Assembly: GCF_009914755.1 (NCBI RefSeq)
Contig: NC_060933.1
Direction: 5' to 3' (one strand)
From: the human T2T-CHM13v2.0 reference genome, Homo sapiens
Length of the DNA stretch: 64,000 nucleotides
Positions 1 through 13,819 of this stretch are shown here, one piece after another (the first letter of the stretch is position 1; each line of letters begins with the position of its first letter). The notes beneath the pieces are model-generated. The model was not told the origin of the DNA, did not search any database, and saw only the letters and a program-made list of their open reading frames with translations. The position numbers were made by a program, and so were the translations under genes.

Positions 1-302
1 TTTATTAAGAAACTTCATTTTTAAGAATTCAGCCAATTTGTTCTTCATCTAATCCTGTTGATGAAGCCAAGAACATGAATGATCCAAATCATGAAGAATA
101 CTCTAAGATAAAATGAACTTTCAGCCTAATGAAAGGCTCCTAGTGAAAGCAGTATAGGACCCTAACAGCCAAGCAAAACTGGCGACTGCATTTCCCCACC
201 TTATTGAGGAACTGCAGAGAATGAACCAAGGGAAATAGGGGGCTGAAGGAAATTTATTAAGAGAAGAGAATCACATTAAAGTATTCTTTACTGGAGCACA
301 GA

Positions 303-664
303 ATATCAGTCTCTTCTCTCACTGCTAATAAAGACATGCCCGAGACTGGGTAATTTATAAAGGAAAGAGGTTTAATTGACTCGTAGTCACATGGCTGAGG
401 AGGCCCCACCATCATGGCAGAAGGTGAAGGAGGAGTAAAGTCATGTCTTACATGGTGGCAGGCTAAGAGATAATGTGCAGGGGAACTCCCCTTTATAAAA
501 GAATCAGATCTCAAGAGACGTATTCACTATTATGAGAACAGCACGGGAAAAACCCACCCCCATGATTCAATTACCTCCCACCAGGTCCCTCCCATGACAT
601 GTGGGAATTATGGGAGCTACAGTTCAATTCGTGATTTGGGTGGGGACATAGCCAAGCCATATCA
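303..664 (-). mobile_element. THE1-family (ERVL-MaLR) solo LTR
   Basis: Reverse complement begins TGATATGGCTTGGCTATGTCCCCACCCAAAT, the THE1 5' end. The body has the typical GAGACTGGGTAATTTATAAAGGAAAGAGGTTTAATTGACTC motif; ~360 bp. Confidence 0.9.
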
Positions 665-1064
665 CATACCCGTGACTATTTTGTCAATTTATGGACTAGG
701 AGCTACAAATTAGCAATAAATACATTTATATATAATAAACATGACATGATAAATGCATCAAATAAATTATTGATAAAATATTTTTCACTCATCAGATTGG
801 CCATAATTGTGAAGATGGAGAACAAAATCATAGAGTAACTTGATATTCTTTTGAGGAAAAATGCCCAAAACTGACAGAGCAGTTTGGCTTCTGGTTATCT
901 GTTCTTGAGAAATGTTTTCATAGGCTTATAAATGACATGCACATGATTACTAATTGTATTATTGCTTATAATAACAAAATAATTAGAAAAAAACTTTAAA
1001 TGAATCCATAAGGTTAAGTAATATGTGTTACATTTCCACATATCCATTAAAAATACTGAGGCAG

Positions 1065-1380
1065 GGCGGGTGCGGTGGCTCACACCTGTACTCCCAGCAC
1101 TTTGGGAGGCCAAGGCAGGTGGATCATCTGAGGTCAGGAGTTCAAGACCAGCCTGGCCAACATGGCGAAACCCTGTCTCTACTAAAAATACAAAAAAAAT
1201 TAGCCAGGCGTGATAGCGGTTGCCTGTAATCCCAGCTGCTGAGGAGACTGAGGCAAAAGAATTGCTTGAACCCAGGAGTTGGAGGTTGCCATGAGCCAAG
1301 ATTGCGCCACTGCACTCCAGCCTAGGGGACATAGTGGGACGCCGTCTCAAAAATAAATAAATAAATAAAAATAAAAAAAT
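1065..1380 (+). mobile_element. Alu (AluS-type), full length
   Basis: Dimeric Alu with TACTAAAAATACAAAA linker and A tail. TSD AAAAATACTGAG(G/T)CAG at ~1049-1064 and just after the tail. Confidence 0.95.
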
Positions 1381-1903
1381 ACTGAGTCAGAGATATGTAC
1401 ATACATAGAAAACATTCAAAACATTGTTAAGTAAAATAAAATAGTATCATAACAATATGCATTGTAAGGTAGAATATACCATTTATTAAGAGGCTTTACT
1501 TTTTTCTAATATATATTACTGTACTTTGACTAGCTTATAATGGAGGTGTATATTATTTCTATTAAAAATAATTTCTTAATTTGTATTAACATTTCCTATG
1601 AAGTAATAAAATCATTGCATTCTTCTGGAATTTTTAAAAGGAGCAGTATTTAATTATTTAAATAAAATGTTGAATTATAATAAAGTCTCTGATATACACC
1701 ATCAGTTCTATTTTAATATGTGATGACTTCATAAAAGTAAATACTTCTTTCAAAATTTTTTAAATTTATATTTCTATGGGCACACTATAGGTGTGTATCT
1801 ATTTATAGGATACAAGAGATATTTTGATACAGACATACAATGTATAATAATCACATCAGGATAAATGTATCAGGTATTCATCACCTCATGAATTCATCAT
1901 TTC

Positions 1904-3833
<1,930 letters not shown>

Positions 3834-4007
3834 TATTCAGAGATCGGGGCAACAATTTGTTGCCGTAAAAGATATCCAAACTGATGGATTTTGAAAGCAG
3901 ACTCTTCCAATTTTATTTGTGCAGTGGAACTAAAATAAATCTCATTTAAAAAATACAAAACATAAAACTTTATTTTCAATAAATACCTCTGTAATAGTGA
4001 AAAAAAA
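3834..4007 (+). other. Probable L1 3'-transduced unique sequence with its own AATAAA and A tail
   Basis: Non-L1 sequence between the L1 poly(A) and the downstream TSD copy. AATAAA at 3978-3983, A8 at 4000-4007, TSD at 4008-4021. Confidence 0.8.
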
Positions 4008-5200
4008 GAATTCATCATTTCTTTGTGTTATGAACATTCCAATTTTACTCCCTCAGTTACTCAAAAATGTACAACAAATTGTTGTTACCCTGTTGTGCTA
4101 CCAAATCATAGATCTTATTTATTATATCTAACTGCATACAAAGCATAGTTAATATTAACAAATGCAATACAAATACAAGACATTAACCATCTTTATTTTC
4201 CCCTTCCTCCCCACTACCCTTCCCAGACCTTGGTAACCATCATTCTATTTTCTATCTCTGTAAGTTCAATTGTTTTAATTTTTAGTTCCCACAAATGAGG
4301 GAGAACATAAGTTTGTCTTTCTGTATCTGGTTATTTCATTTAACATAATGTTTTCCAGTTCCATCCAGTTATTGCAAATGATGGGACTTCATTTTTTATG
4401 TCCGAATAGTACTCCATCATGTATAGATACCACAATTTCTTTGCCTATCCATCTGTTAATGAACACTTAGGTGGCTTTCAAACCTTGACTATTGTCAATA
4501 GTGCTGCAATAAGCATGGGAGTTCAGATATCCCTTTGATATATTGATTTATTTTCTTTTGTATATATGCTTGGCAGTGAGATTGCTGGATTATCTGGTAG
4601 TTCTATTTTTAGTATTTTGAGGAGCTTTCATACTATTATTCATAGTAGCTCTACTAACTTACATTCCCATCAACAGTGTATGAAGCTTCCTTTTTCTCCA
4701 TATCCTCACTAGCATTCATTATTGGCTGTCATTTGGATAAAACCTATTTTAATTGGGATGGAATTATATTAATATTTCATTGTAGTTTCTATTTGCACTG
4801 CTCTGATGATCAGTGATGTTGAGCACCTTTTTATATACCTGTTTGCCCTTTGAATGTCTTCTTTTGAGAAATATCTTTTCAGATCCTTGCCTATTTTTAA
4901 ATTGAATTATTAGGGTTTTTTTTTTTCCTGTAGAGTTGTTTGAGCTCCTTACATATTCTGGTTACCAATTCCTTGTTAGACAAGTAGGTTGCAAATATTT
5001 TTTTCCCATTCTATGGATTTTCTCTTCAGTTTGTTGATTGTTTCTTTTGCTGTGCAGAAGCTTTTACATTGATGTAATCCCATTTGTCCATTTTCAGTTT
5101 GGTTGCCTGTGCTTGTGGGGTATTACGCAAGAAAACTTTGCCTAGTTTCATATCCTAGAGAGTTTTCCTAGTGTTATTTTTTAGTAGTTTCATAGTTTCA

Positions 5201-5602
5201 CATTCGTCGAAGAAATAGAAAATTAGTCCTAAAATTTATATGGATCTACAAAAGACCCAGAATAGCCAAAGCCATCCTGAGCAAAAAGAACAAAATTTGA
5301 AAAATCACATTAACTGACTTCAAATTTTACTACAGAGCTGTGGTAACTAAAACAGCATAGTACTGGCATAAAAACACGCGGACCAAAGGATCAGAATATT
5401 CAGAACTAAATCTATATACCTCTAGTGAACTTATTTTTGACAAATGTGCCAACAACATACATTAGGGAAAGAACAGTCTCTTCAATAAATGGTGCTGGGA
5501 AAACTGGATATCCATATGCAGAAGAAGGAATTTAGATCCCTATCTCTCATCACATACAAAAATCAAATCAAAAGGCATTAAACACTTAAATCTGACCTGA
5601 AA
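5201..5602 (+). mobile_element. Inverted 5' ORF2 segment of the old L1MA
   Basis: Sense ORF2 sequence (AAATGGTGCTGGGAAAACTGG...) ends at GACCTGAAA, which is where the minus segment's TGAAACTATG continues in L1. Degenerate TSD at 1734-1749 / 5600-5614. Confidence 0.8.
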
Positions 5603-5634
5603 GTGAATACTCTTATGAATACTTTCTTCATTGT

Positions 5635-5725
5635 ATTTACATTCAGCAAATATTTAGCATCTGTTCTGTATCAGACACTGCAATAGGTCTGAATACAGCA
5701 ATGAAGAAAACCAAATCTTATGTAT
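5635..5725 (-). mobile_element. L2 3'-end fragment
   Basis: CATTCAGCAAATATTTAGCATCTG...CAGACACTG...ATACAGCAATGAA resembles the reverse complement of the L2 tail. Confidence 0.55.
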
Positions 5726-6175
5726 CTTATAATGCAGTGTGAGGAGAAGTGTTTATCTGATAATACTCCAGCCAACATATTTCTCACCTTATCCTATTGG
5801 TGAACTTGGTAGTGGGAATTGGGAATGTTTGGCTTAGTTCTAACCCCCAATCCTTCCCATCATACTTTCATCTGTGAGACATTACTTTCTGGTGAGTAAG
5901 TAGTAAGCTTAGCTTTGCAGGCCAGAGCTTATGGGATTAACCTGCTATTTTGTGGAATAATTCTAATTCAAGCCAAAGGCAAGAAATAAGCAAGCCCCTT
6001 CGTAAACATGTAGCCACATCAGTTATAAAAATAACATTCTGATATCTATGTCTTGTTATTCTTTTCATTCATCATTTGCTACTAAATGTAGATGGAAAAC
6101 AAAGGTGCATTTATTGATCATCCTTGGAAAAAGTGATTATATTTGCCAGCAAAACCTTCCTTCCCACACTTTCAG

Positions 6176-6364
6176 TCCACAAATTACTGCATAAACGTCT
6201 ATGCCTGACCACCCTCTGGATTATCTAACCAGTTCTATAGCCTCATAGAAAGTCAGAAAAACAACTGTCGATCCACAAATTACTGAATTAATGTTTATGC
6301 CTGACTGCCCTCAAGATTGTCTGACCAGTTCTATAGAGCCTCATAGAAAGTCAGAAAAACAACT
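6176..6364. repeat. Diverged tandem duplication, ~96-bp period, 2 copies
   Basis: TCCACAAATTACTG...CCAGTTCTATAG...CCTCATAGAAAGTCAGAAAAACAACT starts at 6176 and at 6272. Confidence 0.9.
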
Positions 6365-7104
6365 AAGAATAGAATAGGGGAAAAGATGCACTATTTTCCC
6401 ACAACTTCTATGAATGGAGAGTATAGGAAAACAAACATCATAAATCGGCTGGCTTAGTTTACTTACTAGGCAATTTATTGACTTAAAAAAAGGAATTTGG
6501 TTGTGAATAAGTAAATGAAGAAAGTATAGGTATTACTAATTTGTGAAAAATGAATTATGATTGATTTAATTTCTGTAGCAAATTAGAACATGGAAATAAG
6601 ACAAAAGTAGAATTCTCATTAGGGCTTAACTAATATTACAAATTAAATCTTTATGGAAAGAAGACATTAATTTAAACCATTTATATTGTAGGTAAGAAAT
6701 CTGGGAAATCAATTTATATGAAAGGTCACGTTATTTACTCTACATAACAGCATAATAACCTCTAATTACAAATGATCAACACAAGCATATATTCTGTCTG
6801 GTATGAAGAAACAAATATGAATGTACATATTTTTCTGTTTGCACACATAAAAAGCTAGATTTAGATTAGGTGATAAAGGATTTGCCTCATAGTATTGCCA
6901 AAAGTAAAAATCTTCCTGAAAAATATTCAGTGATGGATTTCATTGCCCAATGTGCAGGAGACTGGTGACATTGCAGATTCGCAATACATGCTTGGTAAAT
7001 TGAATTTTCTCCCTAAACATTTAAAAATAAACAGTAGGTGTTTAACAGAGATTCGATAAAGGCTGACTCAATAATTTTGTTTCTGTGAATGTTTTAGTGG
7101 GAAA

Positions 7105-7320
7105 GTGCAGGCTTTGAAGTATAGAAGACGAAAACGAATCCTACCTCTGCTCTCTTTATCACATGCAATCTTGTGTTTCAGCGTCCTTATCTAAACAAGG
7201 ATGTCAATAATGGGACCCAGTTACACATTTGGTTCTTCACCAATATGTTTGTTAAAATTAGAACTAGGCATATACAATATCTAACTATACACTGTGTGAT
7301 AGTGTACGTTTAATAAAATT
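7105..7320 (+). mobile_element. MIR-like SINE remnant
   Basis: GCAGGCTTTGAAGT...AATCCTACCTCTGC...GTTTCAGCGTCCTTATCTAAA resembles the MIR core. Confidence 0.45.
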
Positions 7321-8839
7321 CCATTTTGTGGTTATTGTTATTTTCTATCCCTCAGCATGCTTGAGAAACAGAGAGAAATAGCAAATGCCTATTGTAGAGA
7401 TCTAGCCAGTATGACCTGGCAGTGATTTTTCTTGATGCTATTTCCAAATGAAGGTTTAATCACTAGTAATGAATTTAATATGCAAATCACTGCCTCATCA
7501 CAGCCGAATAATTTCCCAAAATTTACCAAAAGAAAGAGCATAGGAAAAAGATAAAATAGGAAATAGCGAACATAAGAAATAAAGGACTAACTCCTTTTCA
7601 CTCTCCTAAGAGTTTGTCAGGTGCTATACAGAGAAAAGTGACATTGTAAAGGATGCAAAGACACAGAACACTGGACAATACTCTGTGAAGTCCTTTGCTG
7701 CTCCACACCCTCCACAGTGTGACACTTACTTGGCTATTCGAAGGATAAAAGCAAAGGCATTTAATAGAAGAACATGAAACAATGGCTCCATCTTTGACTT
7801 CCAAGGACCACGAATTGTTGTGCCTTGTAAAAATGGCTAACTCACCTGCCACTAGGAATTTCTAATTTCTTATGCTAGAATTGAGCTGGCATTAACAATA
7901 ATGATGTTATGATGGAACAACGTTTTTTGTGAATAACTATCTGTATTGTCTAAAAGAGCCTCCAATATGTGGCAAAGGATTTTGCAAATTTTATTTTAAG
8001 TGGCTAGCTGCTTTTCTGAGTTTTTTATGGAGGCTGAAATTTATTTAAAAATAGATTTGTATGTTCTTTTATCATTTTGAGCCAAAATCTCACTTCTAAA
8101 TATCGACAAGCATAGCTTCCATGACACAACCGAGGAGGAGCAGACTTAGCACTATGGGGTGCCCTGAAGGGGCTTGGCTTCTTGGCCCCTCTGCTATGTA
8201 ATCCAAATTACTCCAGTAACCCACGGAGTGATAATGGAAAAATCACTTATCTCCTTAGCTTAGTGTCTTCATTTCTAAAGTAAAAAAGTAAAATTCTATC
8301 ATCTTTATGGTCTCCTTCATACCTGTCTCTAGTGGATAAACACAAATTCCTGAGACATATATTTGCTATCTAGGGAAAGTTAAAAAAGACTCTGTTAAAA
8401 AAAAATGCTACCTGTGTTCATTATCCCTTCTGGTTTGAAATATTTCTTCAGGATTTTTGCTATGCTATACAGCTAAATATCATTAGAATATTTTCAGTTT
8501 TAAAATATACAATATTTAGTGTAATGCTTTGTTTCTTCTCTTTTGTATACAAACTGTCACAAGAAGTATAATAAAGCTAAACCCCTTAAAGCTTTGAGAA
8601 ATTATTTATGCAAAGCATATGTCACAATAGAGACAACACTGTCAAAGAGCAACTGTTATACATGGTAAATATTTCAATTCTTAGTGTTTTTTGGATTTAT
8701 TTCATTCATAATTTTAAAAAGTTTTGGAGATTTTTATTCTGGAATATAATCCAAAAGGGAAAAATATCATACATACTGAGATCTTTAATTTATACAGTTT
8801 CTTGCATTTTCCAGTTTATTTATTTATTTATTTAAATTA

Positions 8840-8965
8840 GATTTTGTGAGGTAGGCAGGAAAAGTACTGATGTTTTCATATTAAAAATAAATAAATTTGA
8901 AATTTAGAGTCACACAGCTGAAAAGTGACAGGATTGAGACTTTTACCAAAGTGTTCTAAGACCAC
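8840..8965 (-). mobile_element. MIR-like SINE remnant
   Basis: TGTGAGGTAGG...GTCACACAGCTGAAAAGTGACAG resembles the antisense MIR core. Confidence 0.45.
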
Positions 8966-9109
8966 AAAGTACCTATACATTAAATAAATACTGCAAATCA
9001 ATTTCAAAAATAAAGTTGATTGTCAAGATTCACTTTTTGTGCCTATAAAGATACATTTTATTCTCTTGTGAGTTTACCTCTCTTTTACTCTTTTTCTTTT
9101 TCTGAAAAG

Positions 9110-9183
9110 AGAAATTTTGAATTAACAATGTGAATAAATTTTAATCAAGGGGTCCAAAAGAGGATGAAAATATGGAAAAAGAG
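9110..9183 (+). other. Candidate internal exon (alternative acceptor at 9149/9150)
   Basis: Long polypyrimidine tract at ~9075-9103 followed by AG at 9108-9109. Strong donor GAG|GTAAGT at 9183/9184. Confidence 0.35.
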
Positions 9184-9427
9184 GTAAGTAGCGAGGCATC
9201 TTTCTTTTCAGTTTGTTTTACATATTGTTACGTAATTATCCAGTACACATACAAACAAGGACCAACAAAAAGAAAGATAATGTATTTCCTTAACTCGAAA
9301 ACATTCATTTCCATCTAAAGAAGATGCCAAGTTTTAACTAACCATTTCTATATTGTGGGATATATAGATTTTTTCCATCAACATAAAACGTATCCCTTGT
9401 TTTTAAATTACATTCATTTCTATGTAG

Positions 9428-9545
9428 GTTGAGATGACATTTCTCAAAATGGTGCCGGAACACTATGAAATCTCAACATTATACCGTAAATTCATTTTTG
9501 ATAAAGTATTATTCTAAATTGCAATAAAGCATTACACTAAATTTT
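9428..9545 (+). other. Candidate terminal exon with poly(A) signal
   Basis: Acceptor TTCATTTCTATGTAG|G, AATAAA at 9523-9528, then a U-rich downstream element (TTTTGTTTTTT). Confidence 0.3.
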
Positions 9546-11080
9546 GTTTTTTAGAAAAAATTATGTGGAAAAAAACCTCAAAACTGATTTTTATGCATTA
9601 ACTCAACTTTATCAACTAATTGCCAAAAGACAGACTCCATTCCTTTATTTTTCGTAGCCTGTACCTAATTTCTTCCACCTGTAGAAGAGATTACCAAAGG
9701 ATAATCAATGTCTGTCCCTGTTGAAGTTAAAGATAGAAAACTAAGGTTATTAGGCAGAGTAGGGTGGGAAAGAGGTAAAAAAAGAAAACAAAGATAATAC
9801 CAAAATTCTATACTGAATGTTAAGTCATATCCGCTGTCTCCTCTTTACAATTTCATGAGTCTCAATTTTATCATGCAGGTAAACTATTTGAGGATAATTC
9901 TTGAAGAAATGAGTCACTGATATTTGGAGATCATGTACACATTATTTGGAATCTCAATAGTACTGGATAATAAGAATAAATTGAAACAAAGGGCCCAAAA
10001 TGCTGAAACGAGTTGTCCTAGAATATACTTTCGTTGCATTATATACAAAGTTAAACTAGCCATCAATTGTACAGAGGCAGTAAAGATATTTTCGGGCTTT
10101 TACGACTAGACCAATTTACTTTTCAGTCTCATGTTCTTAGAATTAACTATAATAAATGCTTCAGCAAACAAGAAAGAGGACAACATAAGATTTAGGAACC
10201 AGGAACTTCAATTGAGGAGAAGAGTGATGGGAAGTTCCTGGTTAACAGCTGTACACTTTGCCTAAAGAACAATACATCTAGATTTTAGCAGAGGACAAAG
10301 ATGAAATCTCTTCAAGAGAAAACTAAAAATATAATTGAGAGCAAATTTGGAAAACTTTCCATTTGGAAACATTATTTATAAATACGCCGCAGTTCTGTTT
10401 ATACTTTTGAATAATAGAGAACTAGATGTATAAAAAACTTAAATGAAAAAAGCAGTTAAATAATTTTTAACTCTAGGAAATAGAAAAATTTCTACAAGAG
10501 AGGAAATGTAATTGAACTATACTACCAGTCTCAAAAGTGAGGTTATTTTGTATTAATTGTTTCATGTTTCACAAAAATTTTAATGTTAATGGCATTAAGA
10601 GGTACGGATTTGAATAATCCAATGTAGCGAAGGGAACAAAGTAAACTCATTGACTATGATAAGAGATCACAAGATATGGCAATGCGATACTTGTATTGGG
10701 TAATAAGTTTTATTCTAGCATTAATATCACTAGATTTCAATAGAAGTTCTTGAAACATCTAAAACAAATTAATAAAAGGTTTTCAATGGAATACATCACT
10801 TAAAGATTACAGAATCTTTGCTAACGCCATCTTGAATGTTTCTTGGGTTCTACCCTGAGGCAAGTCAATGAACATAAAAAGTAACCAAGAATTGAGCTGA
10901 ACACTTCCTTCATCCTCTAATTAGAATGAGGATGTTTTTCTAATCTTTCATCCAACCAATCATTGCATCTGAATTTCCACCTGCAGTAGAAAAGCATTAT
11001 TTTATTATAAAAATAGTTTAAAGTTGCATGCTACTCTCTTTTACATTATTTTATATATATTTATACAAATGTAGAAAATC

Positions 11081-11378
<298 letters not shown>

Positions 11379-11380
11379 TA

Positions 11381-11900
11381 TATAAAGACACATGCACACG
11401 TATGTTTATTGCGGCACTATTCACAATAGCAAAGACTTGGAACCAACCCAAATGTCCAACAATGATAGACTGGATTAAGAAAATGTGGCACATATACACC
11501 ATGGAATACTATGCAGCCATAAAAAATGATGAGTTCATGTCCTTTGTAGGGACATGGATGAAATTGGAAATCATCATTCTCAGTAAACTATCGCAAGGAC
11601 AAAAAACCAAACACCGCATGCTCTCACTCATAGATGGGAATTGAACAATGAGAACACATGGACCCAGGAAGAGGAACATCACACTCTGGGGACTGTTGTG
11701 GGGTGGGGGGAGGGGGCAGGGATAACATTAGGAGATATACCTAATGCTAAATGATGAGTTAATGGGTGCAGCACACCAGCATGGCACATGTATACATATG
11801 AAACTACCCTGCACATTGTGCACATGTACCCTAAAACTTAAAGTATAATAATAATAAAAAAATAAAAAAATAAATAAATAAATAAATAAAAATTTAAAAA
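11381..11900 (+). mobile_element. 5'-truncated young L1PA (approx. PA2-PA4) 3' end inserted in the Alu A tail
   Basis: ORF2 C-terminus [19 protein letters not shown], 3'UTR and (TAAA)n tail. Confidence 0.93.
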
Positions 11901-12904
11901 ACAAACGTAGTAAACATAATCAGATTTTTTGGAGCAAGAAAGTACTTTATAGTTGGTAAGTAACAAGAAAAATGTTAATAAATATATGAATAAAATTGTA
12001 ATTATAGAAGTAGAAATAATGACTATAAAAGAAACATTTTGGTTTATTACACAAAACAGTGGGAAGGAAAGCCTTGCTTTTAAAAAGTTACTTTATAAAA
12101 CAGTTAAGCTTCTTATAATTAATAAAATATAATTAATAGAAAGCATAAAATATATGTTGTGGATATGCATACCAAAATATTACAAAGTAGTTCCTTATAA
12201 TGATAGCTGTATATTTAGTAAAATTTCATTAGTCTGTATATGTGTCAGCTAAATAATTTGCATACTTAGAAGTCCCTGAGTACTCATAAACATGATCAAC
12301 TATAATGCCTGAAATGATTCTAAAAGCAAAACCATATTAAAAGAATATTGTGAACCTGGCCCAAAACTCACAAGAGGGACTCTATCCTATACTGTTGCTG
12401 AGTCTCATCCTGCAAAGAGTTTGCAACCTCACATTACAAATGAAAACAATGTTTATTTGAAACTGGGCTAATTAAATATGGATTTCAACTTTGCAGAGAC
12501 AGTGTGTTTCCCACATGTTAACACCATTCCATGTGTTACAGAGAGTAAGACAGAGGAGGAAGGAGGGAAACAGAGAGAAAGTGTCAAAAATGTCTCATAA
12601 AATTTTAATAGAAAGATTTCTTTATCCTTCTATAGGTTCAGCTTAATATGCATTTTATATTTGGATGAATTCCCAGTACTTGAAATTAGAATAGTGAAGC
12701 TTAAGCACATGTGTGCTTCTTTAGAACAGAAAACTAAAGGAAATCACCTAATCAAGACTGTTCTCAACAATTTGATGCTTAACATTTCCCCAAATTGTGA
12801 GAAATTTATTAGCAATGCATTGCTGTAAATAGAGAACTTGAAATTGAATGGATAATCAGAGTTAAAAATAAAATATTCAAGCTTAGTTGGATGATTGCTT
12901 CCAC

Positions 12905-13020
12905 ATTTACATATTTATTAAGCATTTATTATGTACTAGGAGTGGTATTGGCCCTTTGGTAAGGGTAGTGAGCAAAATCAGAACAATTCCTGACCTCATA
13001 GAACCTGTAGTCAATCAGGC
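12905..13020 (-). mobile_element. L2 3'-end fragment
   Basis: ATATTTATTAAGCATTTATTATGTACTAGG...CCTGACCTCATAGAACCT is a typical antisense L2 tail. Confidence 0.65.
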
Positions 13021-13602
13021 AACTAGTCCACAGTATAAAAGCAGTAGCAGCTAAATTACCTACGAATGGTAATCACTGACAAATATTTTGAAACTAAATC
13101 AGTAAACCTCAGACAAATGCAGGTTGACCATTCTAAGGTAAAATTATTAAATCTGTATTTGTTACCTGAACCAACTAGTAAGATAGGAACTGTTAATATC
13201 TCATCTTACATGAATTTTAATCTTAACTATGCAATACATAATCAACTACTTAAAAATTAGTGAGGAAATTGTAAATATCCTTTTTATTCCTTTAGTGAGA
13301 TTTAGGTAATTAAGCATAATCATATTTTTTTCTTTCTTTGTCATCAAAAAATATTAATAAATTTAGTTTCAGAAAACATAATAGTCAAGATTCTGAATGC
13401 AATTCTCTTCCTACTAACAATTTTGTTAATTATTAATACTAAATTGGACAAGGAGAGCAAAAGAAAATATAACAAATCAATAGAAAAAATATTACATCTA
13501 ACTGTATTTAAATGTTTTCAAAAGTGAATTAAAAGAATTGCTGTGTTTTCAGACAATATTTTTTTAGTCACAAGAAAAGCTTCTTAAATAATACCACCAA
13601 GG

Positions 13603-13819
13603 TAGTGGTTCTTAGGGGAGGGGACATTTGACTCCCAGGATAAATTTGAAAACATCTAGAGACTTTTTAGTTGTCACACCAGGAATGGGACGGGAGACAC
13701 TTCTATAGTCCAGTGGGTAGAGGCCAGAGATCCTGCTAAACTTCCTACAGTGAACAGGACAGTTCACCAAGGAATTACCTGGTCCAAAATGTTAGTAGTG
13801 CTAAGGTTGAGAAACTGTG
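13603..13819 (+). mobile_element. MER20 (hAT-Charlie non-autonomous DNA transposon)
   Basis: AGTGGTTCT...TAGTTGTCACA...TGGGTAGAGGCCAGAGATCCTGCTAAAC...AAGGTTGAGAAACTG; ~217 bp. Confidence 0.85.

Noticed and set aside
2-115. Open frame LLRNFILRIQPICSSSNPVDEAKNMNDPNHEEYSKIK* at the window start
   Set aside because: Short, cut by the window edge, weak acceptor context and no recognisable homology; compatible with chance.
895-1350. 151-aa ORF and similar ORFs at 11079, 51085 and 63557
   Set aside because: Antisense Alu translations ([15 protein letters not shown]), which are common artefacts.
3848-3864. Perfect inverted repeat GGCAACAA-T-TTGTTGCC in the transduced segment
   Set aside because: An 8-bp stem is expected by chance in 64 kb and has no supporting context.
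6931-6994. Apparent exon encoding DGFHCPMCRR (RING-like CPxCR)
   Set aside because: The sequence resembles a decayed L2 3' tail (CAATACATGCTTGGTAAATTGAAT), the splice sites are weak, and no other RING ligands lie nearby.
7598-7852. 84-aa minus-strand ORF and an overlapping ~50-codon plus-strand frame in unique DNA
   Set aside because: No recognisable domain and no coherent pair of splice sites.
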